Source: Longimicrobiales bacterium
Lineage (GTDB): Bacteria > Gemmatimonadota > Gemmatimonadetes > Longimicrobiales > Gaopeijiaceae
Reading direction: 5' to 3'
NCBI GenBank assembly: GCA_965202985.1
Contig: CBDBCF010000001.1
Location: forward strand, 352,001-416,000
DNA length: 64,000 nt
The position numbers and the translations under genes were made by a program. Position 1 is the first letter of the stretch. Every line of letters starts with the position of its first letter. Below, piece after piece: positions 19,717 to 28,247 of the stretch. Below the pieces are notes generated by a model that saw only the letters and a program-made list of their open reading frames with translations, ran no database searches and was not told the origin of the DNA.

Positions 19717-21782
19717 CCGACGCCAACGACCGCAGCCGCCCCATGGACGACCTCGACCGCAAGGCCGCCGACGCCTTCCCCGGCTACTTGGTGCGCAAGG
19801 ACCTGGTCCGGCGCTACGCCCGCCAGTACCCGGTGCCGACCTACGTCGTGGAGTTCCTGCTGGGCCGCTACTGCGCCAGCGTGAACGAGGACGAGATCGC
19901 CGAAGGGCTCGCCATCGTCGAGAAGCAGCTGGAGGGGCGCACGGTACGCCCGGGGGACCGCGAGGTCTTTCGCTCTCGCGCCAGGGAGGACGGCTCGGTG
20001 AAGCTGATCGACGTGGTGCGGGTGCGGTTGGACGCGCAGAACGACCGCTACGTGGCCGAGCTGCCCAGCCTGTCGCTGAAGGACGCGCGGATCGGCGACG
20101 GGATCGTAAAGCGCAATCAGCGGCTGCTGTCCGACGGCTTCTATGCGGAGGTGTCGCTGGAGTACGACGCGGTGGTGGCGCTGGAAGAGAAGGGACAGCC
20201 GTTCGGCGTGGCCTCGCTTCGTCCGGTGCAGATGTCGGACCCGAACGTGCTCAACGTGCTGGCCAAGGGCCGCCAGGCGTTCACGACGGTCGAGTGGCTG
20301 GACTTCCTGCTGCGCTCGACCGGACTGGAGCCCGCGGCGATGGACGAGTCGGCCAAGCGCGTGGCGCTGCTGCGCTTGGTGCCGTTCGTGGAGCGCAACT
20401 ACAACATGGTCGAACTTGGGCCGCGCGGTACCGGAAAGAGTCACGTCTACCAGCAGATTTCGCCGTGCTCTCACCTGCTGTCGGGCGGCAAGGCGACAGT
20501 TGCGAAGATGTTCGTGAACATGGCCAACGGGCAGCGCGGCTTGGTCTGCCAGTACGACGTGGTGTGCTTCGACGAGATCGCCGGCATCTCGTTCGACCAG
20601 AAGGACGGCGTGAACATCATGAAGGGGTACATGGCGTCGGGCGAGTTCAGTCGGGGCAAGGAGAGCATCCGCGCAGAGGGGTCGCTGGTCATGGTCGGCA
20701 ACTTCGACGTCTCGGTCGAGCAGCAGCAGCGCATTGGTCATCTGCTGAGCCCTCTGCCCCCCCAGATGCGCGACGACACTGCCTTTCACGACCGCATTCA
20801 CGCCTACGCGCCGGGCTGGGACTTTCCCAAGCTGGACCCGCGCAAGCACCTGACCAACCACTTCGGCCTGGTCAACGACTTCGTGAGCGCGTGCTGGACG
20901 CGACTGCGCGAGACGACCCGCCTGCCGGTCCTGCAGAACCGCGTCTTCTGGGGCGGGGCCATGTCCGGCAGGGACATCGAGGCCGTGAACAAGACCGTTT
21001 CCGGGCTGGTCAAGCTCCTATTCCCCGGCCCGGCCATGCCCGTGGAGGACGAGGACCTGGAGTGGGTGGTGCGTTTGGCCCTGGAGTCGCGCCGGCGCGT
21101 CAAGGAACAGCAGAAGCGGTGCCTGAAGGCCGAGTTCCGCGACACGCACTTCTCCTTCGTCCTGGGCGTGGACGGCGCCGAACAGTTCGTCGCCACCCCG
21201 GAGCTGCGAAGCGACGAAGCGATCAGCGCCGATCCCCTGCCCGCCGGCCAAGTCTGGTCGATCGGCCCGGGCGCGGAGGGCGCCGGTCCCGGCCTCCACC
21301 GCATCGAGGTCGCAACCGGTCCCGGCGGCGGCGCCAAGATCCTCAACCACCCGGTGCCGCCCTCATTTCGCGAGAGCGTGCGCATTGGCGAACAGAACTT
21401 GTACGCCCAGGCCGCCGAGTTGGTGGGCCAGCACGACGCCCGAGGCAACGAGTACGCGATTCAGCTGCGCCCGTTCGACGCCGACCGCTCGGGCGCGGGC
21501 CTGGGCTTGGCGGTGCTGGCGGCTATGGTCGGCGCGCTGCTGGACCGTCGCACGCGCGGCGGCGCCATCGTGGCGGGCGCCCTCAACCTGGGCGGCTCCT
21601 TGGAGCGCGTGGCCGATCCCGTCGCCATCGCCGAGCTCGCCGCCGACAAGCAGGCCTCCGTCCTCCTGATGCCCGTAGGCGCCCGGCGCGAGCTGGCCAA
21701 CCTCCCCGACGACATCTGGACCAAGCTCAACATCGAGTTCTACAAGGACGGCCCCGACGCTGTGTTCAAGGCGCTGGAGTAG
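19713..21782 (+). CDS. brxL: BREX BrxL (AAA+ with Lon-like C-terminal domain)
   Basis: VPTYVVEFLLGRYC, ELGPRGTGKSH, FDEIAG, MKGYMASGEFSRG, DTAFHDRIH; GTGA overlap with pglZ. Confidence 0.93.
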   Translation: MTDANDRSRPMDDLDRKAADAFPGYLVRKDLVRRYARQYPVPTYVVEFLLGRYCASVNEDEIAEGLAIVEKQLEGRTVRPGDREVFRSRAREDGSVKLIDVVRVRLDAQNDRYVAELPSLSLKDARIGDGIVKRNQRLLSDGFYAEVSLEYDAVVALEEKGQPFGVASLRPVQMSDPNVLNVLAKGRQAFTTVEWLDFLLRSTGLEPAAMDESAKRVALLRLVPFVERNYNMVELGPRGTGKSHVYQQISPCSHLLSGGKATVAKMFVNMANGQRGLVCQYDVVCFDEIAGISFDQKDGVNIMKGYMASGEFSRGKESIRAEGSLVMVGNFDVSVEQQQRIGHLLSPLPPQMRDDTAFHDRIHAYAPGWDFPKLDPRKHLTNHFGLVNDFVSACWTRLRETTRLPVLQNRVFWGGAMSGRDIEAVNKTVSGLVKLLFPGPAMPVEDEDLEWVVRLALESRRRVKEQQKRCLKAEFRDTHFSFVLGVDGAEQFVATPELRSDEAISADPLPAGQVWSIGPGAEGAGPGLHRIEVATGPGGGAKILNHPVPPSFRESVRIGEQNLYAQAAELVGQHDARGNEYAIQLRPFDADRSGAGLGLAVLAAMVGALLDRRTRGGAIVAGALNLGGSLERVADPVAIAELAADKQASVLLMPVGARRELANLPDDIWTKLNIEFYKDGPDAVFKALE

Positions 21783-21850
21783 GGGCGGGCCGTCCGATCC
21801 TTACACAGACGCCATGGCCGAGCACGGAGCGGACGGGCGCCGTCGGCGGA

Positions 21851-22267
21851 TCAACCCGTGTGACGCCGACCGAGAAAGTATCCCAGACCAAGGCCAGATA
21901 CGAGAGAAAAGGCATATCCTACGAAATCCTGTGCCGTGTTTCGTTGGGGATCGGTACCCCAGAAAGCCATAAACAAGACAATACCCGTCATGGCAGCCGC
22001 AGAAACAATGAACGCCCAGGTGACATTCCTGGCATGGCGAAAACGGTCCTGGCGATGCTCGTCATCACGTCGCAACCGCTCCGTAGCATATTCATGATAG
22101 CGTTGGCTGTCTGCATTCTGCTTGTCAATGGCTTTATGCATCACGTCAGTCGCACGATCCCTACTTGCAATACGTTCTCTTTCGACAGCAACCATGTCCT
22201 GCCACATCTCAAGCTGGCTATCTTCATCTTGACGCGCCGAAGCTACTGTTCCGGTGTCGCTGCTCAT
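21851..22267 (-). CDS. Small membrane protein, charged N-terminus plus two C-terminal TM helices (DUF2335-like)
   Basis: Hydrophobic VTWAFIVSAAAMTGIVLFMAFW and FVGYAFSLVSGLGLGYFL; ATGA overlap with the upstream ORF; lower GC. Confidence 0.7.
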   Translation of the reverse strand: MSSDTGTVASARQDEDSQLEMWQDMVAVERERIASRDRATDVMHKAIDKQNADSQRYHEYATERLRRDDEHRQDRFRHARNVTWAFIVSAAAMTGIVLFMAFWGTDPQRNTAQDFVGYAFSLVSGLGLGYFLGRRHTG

Positions 22268-22536
22268 CCCAACATATCCTTGTCGTCGTGGCCAGTGCGT
22301 AGCGAAGGCCGATCCAACAACAGTTCGGGGTCAGCTCCATCCGCAATCAAGTCCATTGCCACGCAAAACGACACCGTGTAGACACGGTAGCTTCCATAGG
22401 GCAACTCCTCGAACTGCGTCACCGCGTCGTCTGCGACCTGCACCGCATTTCTGCGAGACACCTCCTCCAACGCCTCTCGGAGCGTGTCGTGGTAGCTATC
22501 TGGAAGCAGTCGCGGCAGGATGTCGAAGCGGACCAT
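22264..22536 (-). CDS. Hypothetical protein (90 aa)
   Basis: AAGGA upstream of ATG; coupled to the membrane ORF. Confidence 0.55.
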   Translation of the reverse strand: MVRFDILPRLLPDSYHDTLREALEEVSRRNAVQVADDAVTQFEELPYGSYRVYTVSFCVAMDLIADGADPELLLDRPSLRTGHDDKDMLG

Positions 22537-22759
22537 GTAGATTCCTTCAAGGTCTCGGACAGGTGGTCGGTCACTAGCGACGCCGTAGGGCTCCGTACCG
22601 CGCCGCTTCCGAATGCTAAAGCTGGTCCCGATCCTGGCCTAGCGCAACCCCACACCACCCCGAGCACCACGGACGGCGCACCGGCCGTCTCCGCCCGTCC
22701 CTGCTCACCGCCGTTCTGCGCGTGTTCCTCCACCCACTCTTGGCGACCGCGGAGAACGC

Positions 22760-23947
22760 TCACCCAAGCGGCCCCATCTCGACGTTCGCCACGCCCTTGA
22801 GCGGCAGGGCCGTGATGCCCTCCGCCAGCGGGTACTCCCGGTCGCCGGGGTAGGCCACCCAGAGGTGCGCCAGCTTCAGGTCGGCGGTTGCCACGTGCAT
22901 CGACCGGGTGGTGCGGGGCGCGTCGGTGCACTTGAACTCGAAGCCCCACCGGCGGCCGTTGCGGAGCAGCAGCAGATCCAGTTCGGCCCCGCGTTGGGTG
23001 GCGTAGAAGTACGCCTCGTGCTCGCCGTGGGCGGCCAGGACCTGTTCCAGCGCGAACCCCTCCCAGCTGGCGCCGTAGCGGGGGTGGGCGGGCAGGCTTC
23101 GCGGGTCCTCCAGCCCCAGCAGGTGGTGGAGGACGCCGCTGTCCCGCAGATAGACCTTGGGCGACTTGACCAGGCGCTTGCCCAGATTCTCGAACCACGG
23201 GCGGAGCACGCGAACCATGAACGTGCCGGTCAGCAGGTCGCGGTAGTGGTTGACGGTCTTGGCCGCGGCGTCCATCGACCGGCCAAACTCGGCGGCGTTC
23301 CAGGTTCCTCCGTGACGGTGAGCGAGCATTCGCCAGAACCGGCCCAGCGCCTCGGGGGGAACGCGGGAGCCCAGGCCGGGCACGTCCCGCTCCAGGAACG
23401 TTCGGGCGAACGACTGCATCCAACGGACCCACGCTCCGTCCGACGACGCCAAGTAGGCTCGGGGGAAGCCACCGCGCATCCAGAGCCGGTCCAAGTTCTC
23501 CGGTCCGGCTTCGGCCAACGAGAAGCCGCCCACCTGCACGAACAGGACGCGCCCCGCGAGCGTCTCCGACACGCCCCGGATCAGGTCCCACGAAGCGCTG
23601 CCCAGCAACAGGAACACGGCCTTGCGCTCCGGGTCGTCGCACGCCGGGCGCAGCACCTCGAAGAGCTGCGGCATCCGCTGGACCTCGTCGACGACCACAA
23701 GTCCCTCGCTGCCTCGGAGCACTCTCTCGGGCGTGGCCGACAACGCCTGCCGGCCGGCGGCCGTCTCCAGGTCGAAGAACGTGGACGGACCCGGCCACGC
23801 TGCTGCGACCTGCCGGGCCAGCGTGGTCTTGCCGGTCTGGCGAGCGCCCAGCAGGGCGACCACCGGCGCCTCCGAGAGCCCTTCCATCGTCTCGCGGAAG
23901 AGCGTCGGGCGCGGCAGCAATTGTCGTTTATCGGGAGGCAAGGTCAT
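22760..23947 (-). CDS. AAA_14 ATPase + DUF4143 protein
   Basis: GARQTGKTT, VVDEVQR, LLGSAS, RGGFP, KRLVKSPKVYLRDSG, ELDLL...FEFK. Confidence 0.92.
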   Translation of the reverse strand: MTLPPDKRQLLPRPTLFRETMEGLSEAPVVALLGARQTGKTTLARQVAAAWPGPSTFFDLETAAGRQALSATPERVLRGSEGLVVVDEVQRMPQLFEVLRPACDDPERKAVFLLLGSASWDLIRGVSETLAGRVLFVQVGGFSLAEAGPENLDRLWMRGGFPRAYLASSDGAWVRWMQSFARTFLERDVPGLGSRVPPEALGRFWRMLAHRHGGTWNAAEFGRSMDAAAKTVNHYRDLLTGTFMVRVLRPWFENLGKRLVKSPKVYLRDSGVLHHLLGLEDPRSLPAHPRYGASWEGFALEQVLAAHGEHEAYFYATQRGAELDLLLLRNGRRWGFEFKCTDAPRTTRSMHVATADLKLAHLWVAYPGDREYPLAEGITALPLKGVANVEMGPLG

Positions 23948-23987
23948 GATATTCGACAATAATGGGGCCACGCGGGGGCCGTCAAGC

Positions 23988-24770
23988 CTACCCTTCCAGC
24001 CGTCTCAGCGCCTCCGCGGCCTGGGCGTTCCCTCTTTCCGCCGCCCGGCGATACCAAGCGACGGCGGCCTCCACGTCTTGGGCCACACCGCGGCCCGCTT
24101 CGTAGGCTTCTCCCAGGCGCAGCTGCGTGATGGCGTCGCCCTGCTCGGCTGCTTGCGTCCACCACCTGACCGCCAGGGCCGGGTCAAGCGGCACGCCTCG
24201 GCCGTCCGAGTAGGCGTTGGCCAGGTTGTGAGCGCCCAGGACGTGGCCCCGCTCCGCCGCCCGCCGATGCCACAGGGCGGCCTGCGCCGGGTCCACGGGC
24301 TTGCCCAGGCCTTCGTCGTAGGCGGTGCCCATCAAGAAGACGGCCTCCAGGACGCCGGCCTCCGCGGAAGTCTCGACCGCGCCGATCACCGTGCGAGCCG
24401 TCCGACGCGCCGCCTCTTCGTCGCGGGGGAAGCCCATGCGCCCGCGCGAGTGCACACGAGCCAACCACATGACGGCGATGGCGTTGCCGGCGGGGGTTGC
24501 GTCTTCCCGGCCGGCCACCTGCTCCGACGGCGTGGCCCGCTCGGTGCGCTCGGCGCCGGCTGCGCCGCTCAACCCCGCCGCCCGTTCGAGCAGCTCCCGG
24601 GCCCGGCCGTCGTCGACCCGGCCCGCCGCGCCCGTGTACCAATCCACCGCCTCCAGCAGTTCGGCGCTGGGCTCGACCGGAGGGCTCGCCGGCGGCGGCC
24701 CGGCGCACCCCGCCGACACGGACGCGCCGACAACTGGAACAAGAAGGCCGGCGACGAGGCTCCGTCTCAC
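23988..24770 (-). CDS. Sel1-repeat lipoprotein
   Basis: Lipobox-like SAGC; Sel1 repeats such as GRGVPLDPALAVRWWTQAAEQG; GTGA overlap. Confidence 0.85.
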   Translation of the reverse strand: MRRSLVAGLLVPVVGASVSAGCAGPPPASPPVEPSAELLEAVDWYTGAAGRVDDGRARELLERAAGLSGAAGAERTERATPSEQVAGREDATPAGNAIAVMWLARVHSRGRMGFPRDEEAARRTARTVIGAVETSAEAGVLEAVFLMGTAYDEGLGKPVDPAQAALWHRRAAERGHVLGAHNLANAYSDGRGVPLDPALAVRWWTQAAEQGDAITQLRLGEAYEAGRGVAQDVEAAVAWYRRAAERGNAQAAEALRRLEG

Positions 24771-25564
24771 TCCAAGTCCTCTCCCGACAGCCCGAGTTGG
24801 TCCAGCACCTCCTGCGGCGGCCCGTCGAAGGCGGGCAGAGGCACGTTGCCCACGTAGCCGAGGTCTTGCATTCCCGCGTCCGTCGTCCAGAAGCCCGTGG
24901 AGACCGTGTCGCGGAACATGTCGAAGAAACGGGCCTGGGTCTTCAGGTGCGACGGGGCGGCGGGCTCGTGGCAGATCTCGTCGCAGACCTGTCGCCTCCG
25001 TTCCTCGGGGAGGGCCGCGAAGGCGGCAGCGCCGAAGCGCTCCCGAGCCTCGCGGTTCAGCCAAGCGAAGCCGCCGCGCACCAGCGTCAGAAGCTCCTCG
25101 TGGCCGGGGGCCGACAGGAACTCGTTCACGTAGGCGGGGACGCCCACAGCGCTGGCCGACGGGGAACGGTCGTCGGCGGGCACGATCACGTCGGCAAGGA
25201 CCGCGGTCATCTCCAGCTCCTCGGCGGTCAGCACCAACTCCCAGGGCACGACGGGCGCCAGCAGGTCGGGGTCGGCAAGGGTGCCCGCCGCCAGCGGATT
25301 GCTGGGGGGCAGCGGATCGAAGCCCGAAAGAGCCTCGTGGGCGGACTCGGGCGGGGACTCGGTCGGTCCGCACGTCGCGTTTGCAAGCGCCGCCGTGGAC
25401 GCCGCTGTCGTCGCAAGGACCTTGAGGGCCTTCCGGCGCGTCAGATCGGCAGGGCCGGAGGCGCCGGTCAAGCACTCGGCGTCGGCCGCGTCCGAGCCGC
25501 TGGGTGGGCCGGAGCCGCAGGGCGCACCAAGGCCGCCGGCCGTGTCGGAGAAATCCGCGCTCAC
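24767..25564 (-). CDS. Gluconate 2-dehydrogenase subunit 3 family protein (Tat substrate)
   Basis: TRRKALK Tat motif; ADVIVPADDRSPSASAVGVP; GFWTT...DLGYVGN. Confidence 0.85.
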   Translation of the reverse strand: MSADFSDTAGGLGAPCGSGPPSGSDAADAECLTGASGPADLTRRKALKVLATTAASTAALANATCGPTESPPESAHEALSGFDPLPPSNPLAAGTLADPDLLAPVVPWELVLTAEELEMTAVLADVIVPADDRSPSASAVGVPAYVNEFLSAPGHEELLTLVRGGFAWLNREARERFGAAAFAALPEERRRQVCDEICHEPAAPSHLKTQARFFDMFRDTVSTGFWTTDAGMQDLGYVGNVPLPAFDGPPQEVLDQLGLSGEDLE

Positions 25565-27342
25565 CCGATACTCCGCGTGGCCAGCTGGTCCACGATGTAG
25601 TCCGCCGCGCGCCACGCAATCGCCAGGATCGACAGGGTGGGGTTCTTGTCGGCGTTCGACGCGAAGCAGCCGCCGTCGGTCACGAACAGGTTGGGCACGT
25701 CCCAGGACTGGCAGAACGAGTTCAGCACCGAGCTTCGGGGGTCGTCGCCCATGCGGACGCCGCCGACCTCGTGGATGATCTGGCCGCCCTTGGAGATCGC
25801 CTTGGCGCCGTCGTCGTGAACGGGGGTGAGCAGCGTGCCGCCCATTTCGTCCACGATTCCGGCGAAGGCGCGCTGCATGTGGACGGCTTGGCGCAGCTCG
25901 TGGTCCGACCACTTCCAGTGGAACCGCAGGACGGGGATGCCGTAGCGGTCCACCTTGCTCGAGTCGATCTCGCACCAGCAGTCCTCGTTGGGGATCATCT
26001 CGCCCCGCCCGTTGAAGAAGAGGAAGCTGCCGTAGTAGCGTCGGCAGTCCTCCTTGAACTGTCGGCCGTAGCTGCCGCCGGTCAGGGGTTCCAGTCCGGA
26101 GAAGGCCCCGGCTCCGGGCATCCGCCGCCCGCCGCCGAACTCCACGTGGTAGCCGCGGGGAAAGTCCAGTCGGCCCGCCAGCTGCTCGCCGTAGAGCCAC
26201 CAGGGCATGTACATGTGCATCTCCGAAGCGCCGTCCTCGTTGTGCGGGGGCAGACCCTGCAGGGCGGGTATGTGCGCGTAGACGCCGGCGCCCACGGTGT
26301 CCATCAGGTGCTTGCCCACGAGCCCGGACGAGTTGGCCAAGCCGTCGGGGAACAGAGGGCCGGTCGAGTTGAGCAGGATGCGCGCCGACTCGCAGGCGCT
26401 GGCGGCCAGCACCACCACCCGCGCCGCCGCGAACTCGTCGGTCAGGGTGGTCCTGTCCACGTAGTGCACGCCCGTGGCCCGCCCCCGGTCGTCCACCGCG
26501 ACCTCGCGAACCATGGCGCCCGTCGCCACCTCCAGCCGACCCGTGGCCAGCGCCGGGGGCAGCAGGACGGTGGGAGACTGGAAGTTGGCGCGGATCGAGC
26601 AGCCCCGGCCGCACGGGGTCGCCCAGTAGCAGGCGGCGCGCCCGCGCATGGAGTCGGCGGTCACGCGACGGGCCAGGGCGTTGTCGGGGAACAGGCGGGC
26701 GGGCAGGCGGTCCGCGTCCTGGGTTTCGGTCAGGATCGCCAAGTGGGCGGGGATCACGGGGATGCCCAGCCGCCGGCACGCCTTGCGGGTCAGCAGCTCG
26801 TAGGCGCGGGGCTTGGGCGGCGGCTGCAGCACGCCGGGAGACGAGTTGGGCGTGTTCTCCAGTCCTTCGTTCGACCCGTAAACGCCGATCAGCGTCTCGG
26901 TCTTGTCGTAGTAGGGGGCCAAGTCGGAGTACGACATCGGCCAGTCGAACCCCAGGCCGTCCCGGCTGCGCGGCTTGAAGTCGTACTCGCCCATGCGAAG
27001 CGATATCCGCCCCCAGTGGTTGGTGCGCCCGCCCAGCATCCGCGACCGCCACCACATGAACTCGGAGCCCTCGGCCACCGAGTAGGGTTCGCCGGGCACC
27101 TGCCAGCCCCCGTCCACGGTGGCGTCGTAGAAGCCGAAGGGCTTGGCCGGCGTCGCAGCCCCCCGCAACGGCGCGTCGCGGGGCAGCTGGAACATCGGCG
27201 TCTCGCGCAACGGGTCGTAGTGCCGCCCCGCCTCCAGCAGGAGCACGCGGAGGCCGGAGGTCGCGAGCACGAAGGCGGTCATGGCGCCGCCGGCTCCCGA
27301 GCCGACGACTACGGCATCGTACTGCTCCTGCCTGGGACTCAA
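25561..27342 (-). CDS. GMC family oxidoreductase
   Basis: VVVGSGAGG, LGGRTNHWGR, IHEVGGVRMG, NPTLSILA; TTG start overlapping the upstream stop. Confidence 0.93.
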   Translation of the reverse strand: MSPRQEQYDAVVVGSGAGGAMTAFVLATSGLRVLLLEAGRHYDPLRETPMFQLPRDAPLRGAATPAKPFGFYDATVDGGWQVPGEPYSVAEGSEFMWWRSRMLGGRTNHWGRISLRMGEYDFKPRSRDGLGFDWPMSYSDLAPYYDKTETLIGVYGSNEGLENTPNSSPGVLQPPPKPRAYELLTRKACRRLGIPVIPAHLAILTETQDADRLPARLFPDNALARRVTADSMRGRAACYWATPCGRGCSIRANFQSPTVLLPPALATGRLEVATGAMVREVAVDDRGRATGVHYVDRTTLTDEFAAARVVVLAASACESARILLNSTGPLFPDGLANSSGLVGKHLMDTVGAGVYAHIPALQGLPPHNEDGASEMHMYMPWWLYGEQLAGRLDFPRGYHVEFGGGRRMPGAGAFSGLEPLTGGSYGRQFKEDCRRYYGSFLFFNGRGEMIPNEDCWCEIDSSKVDRYGIPVLRFHWKWSDHELRQAVHMQRAFAGIVDEMGGTLLTPVHDDGAKAISKGGQIIHEVGGVRMGDDPRSSVLNSFCQSWDVPNLFVTDGGCFASNADKNPTLSILAIAWRAADYIVDQLATRSIG

Positions 27343-28247
27343 CCGTCGCCTTCGGGCGCCACCCGGTCGGCCCGGAAGGTGGGCACCTCGAAGACGTAGG
27401 GGCTGTCGGGCGTGGCGGCCCGGAAGTTGCCCTCCTGCTCCGTCAGCCACAGCACGGCCACGTCGTTCCCGTCCGCGTCCACGGCGCGCACGGTCCGGTC
27501 GGCGGCTGACTCCGAAGGCCGCTCGGCGTCTTCCGGCGCGAACCCGGTGGCCCGCAGGCCGGCCAGCTCGCGCAAGATGTCGCGCACCTTGGTTTCGCCA
27601 GCCTCCTCGCCGTCCACGGTCCACGACGAGTCCTGGCGCTCGTACCGCCACTCCTGGCCGCTCCGCGCCACGTGGATCGCGGCGACGGCGGCCGTGTCGG
27701 CCTCCAGCACCACCTTGTTTCGCCAGTCCAGGAGCGGGCGGGCCGCGGCGGAGCGCAGGTCGCCCCGGATCAGGCTGGCTTGGTCCGCACCCGGCAACCG
27801 CGCGTAGGCGGTGCGGAAGCGCGTGCCGGCCTTGCCCAGCAAGACGCGCGCGTCCTCGTCTCCGAAGGACAGCGTCCAGGCGTTCGCGTCGTCCACGCCC
27901 AGCCGTTCGTGGTTGGCGGGGTTCGTGGCGGCGACCGAAGCCACCTCCACATCGTCCACAGCGCGCAGCAGTCGGGACACCGCGCCCGAGTCCGCCTCGA
28001 AGCCGTTCACGGTCCAGTCGTCCCCGTCCGCCACCAGCAAAAGGGTCTCGCGGGCGTCGGCGGATTCGGGACCGGCGATCTCGATCCGCTCCAAGTCGTC
28101 GGCGTCCAGCGCGTCCAGGACGCCCGCCAGGGCCGGGTCGCCTTCCACGCCTCCGCCTCCGCCGCGCCCCAGCACGGTGACCAGCAGGTACAAGGCGGTG
28201 ACCGCCGCCAGAAAGTACAGCGACATCCGCAACGTCTTCTCGCTCAC
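27339..28247 (-). CDS. DUF4340 domain protein
   Basis: N-terminal TM anchor; DWRNKVVL; follows the GldF/G gene as usual for this family. Confidence 0.8.
   Translation of the reverse strand: MSEKTLRMSLYFLAAVTALYLLVTVLGRGGGGGVEGDPALAGVLDALDADDLERIEIAGPESADARETLLLVADGDDWTVNGFEADSGAVSRLLRAVDDVEVASVAATNPANHERLGVDDANAWTLSFGDEDARVLLGKAGTRFRTAYARLPGADQASLIRGDLRSAAARPLLDWRNKVVLEADTAAVAAIHVARSGQEWRYERQDSSWTVDGEEAGETKVRDILRELAGLRATGFAPEDAERPSESAADRTVRAVDADGNDVAVLWLTEQEGNFRAATPDSPYVFEVPTFRADRVAPEGDG

Noticed and set aside
21810..22710. Partial inverted similarity (GGACGGGCG / CGCCCGTCC) flanking the two-gene cassette as element ends
   Set aside because: Only about 9 GC-rich bases and no target duplication.
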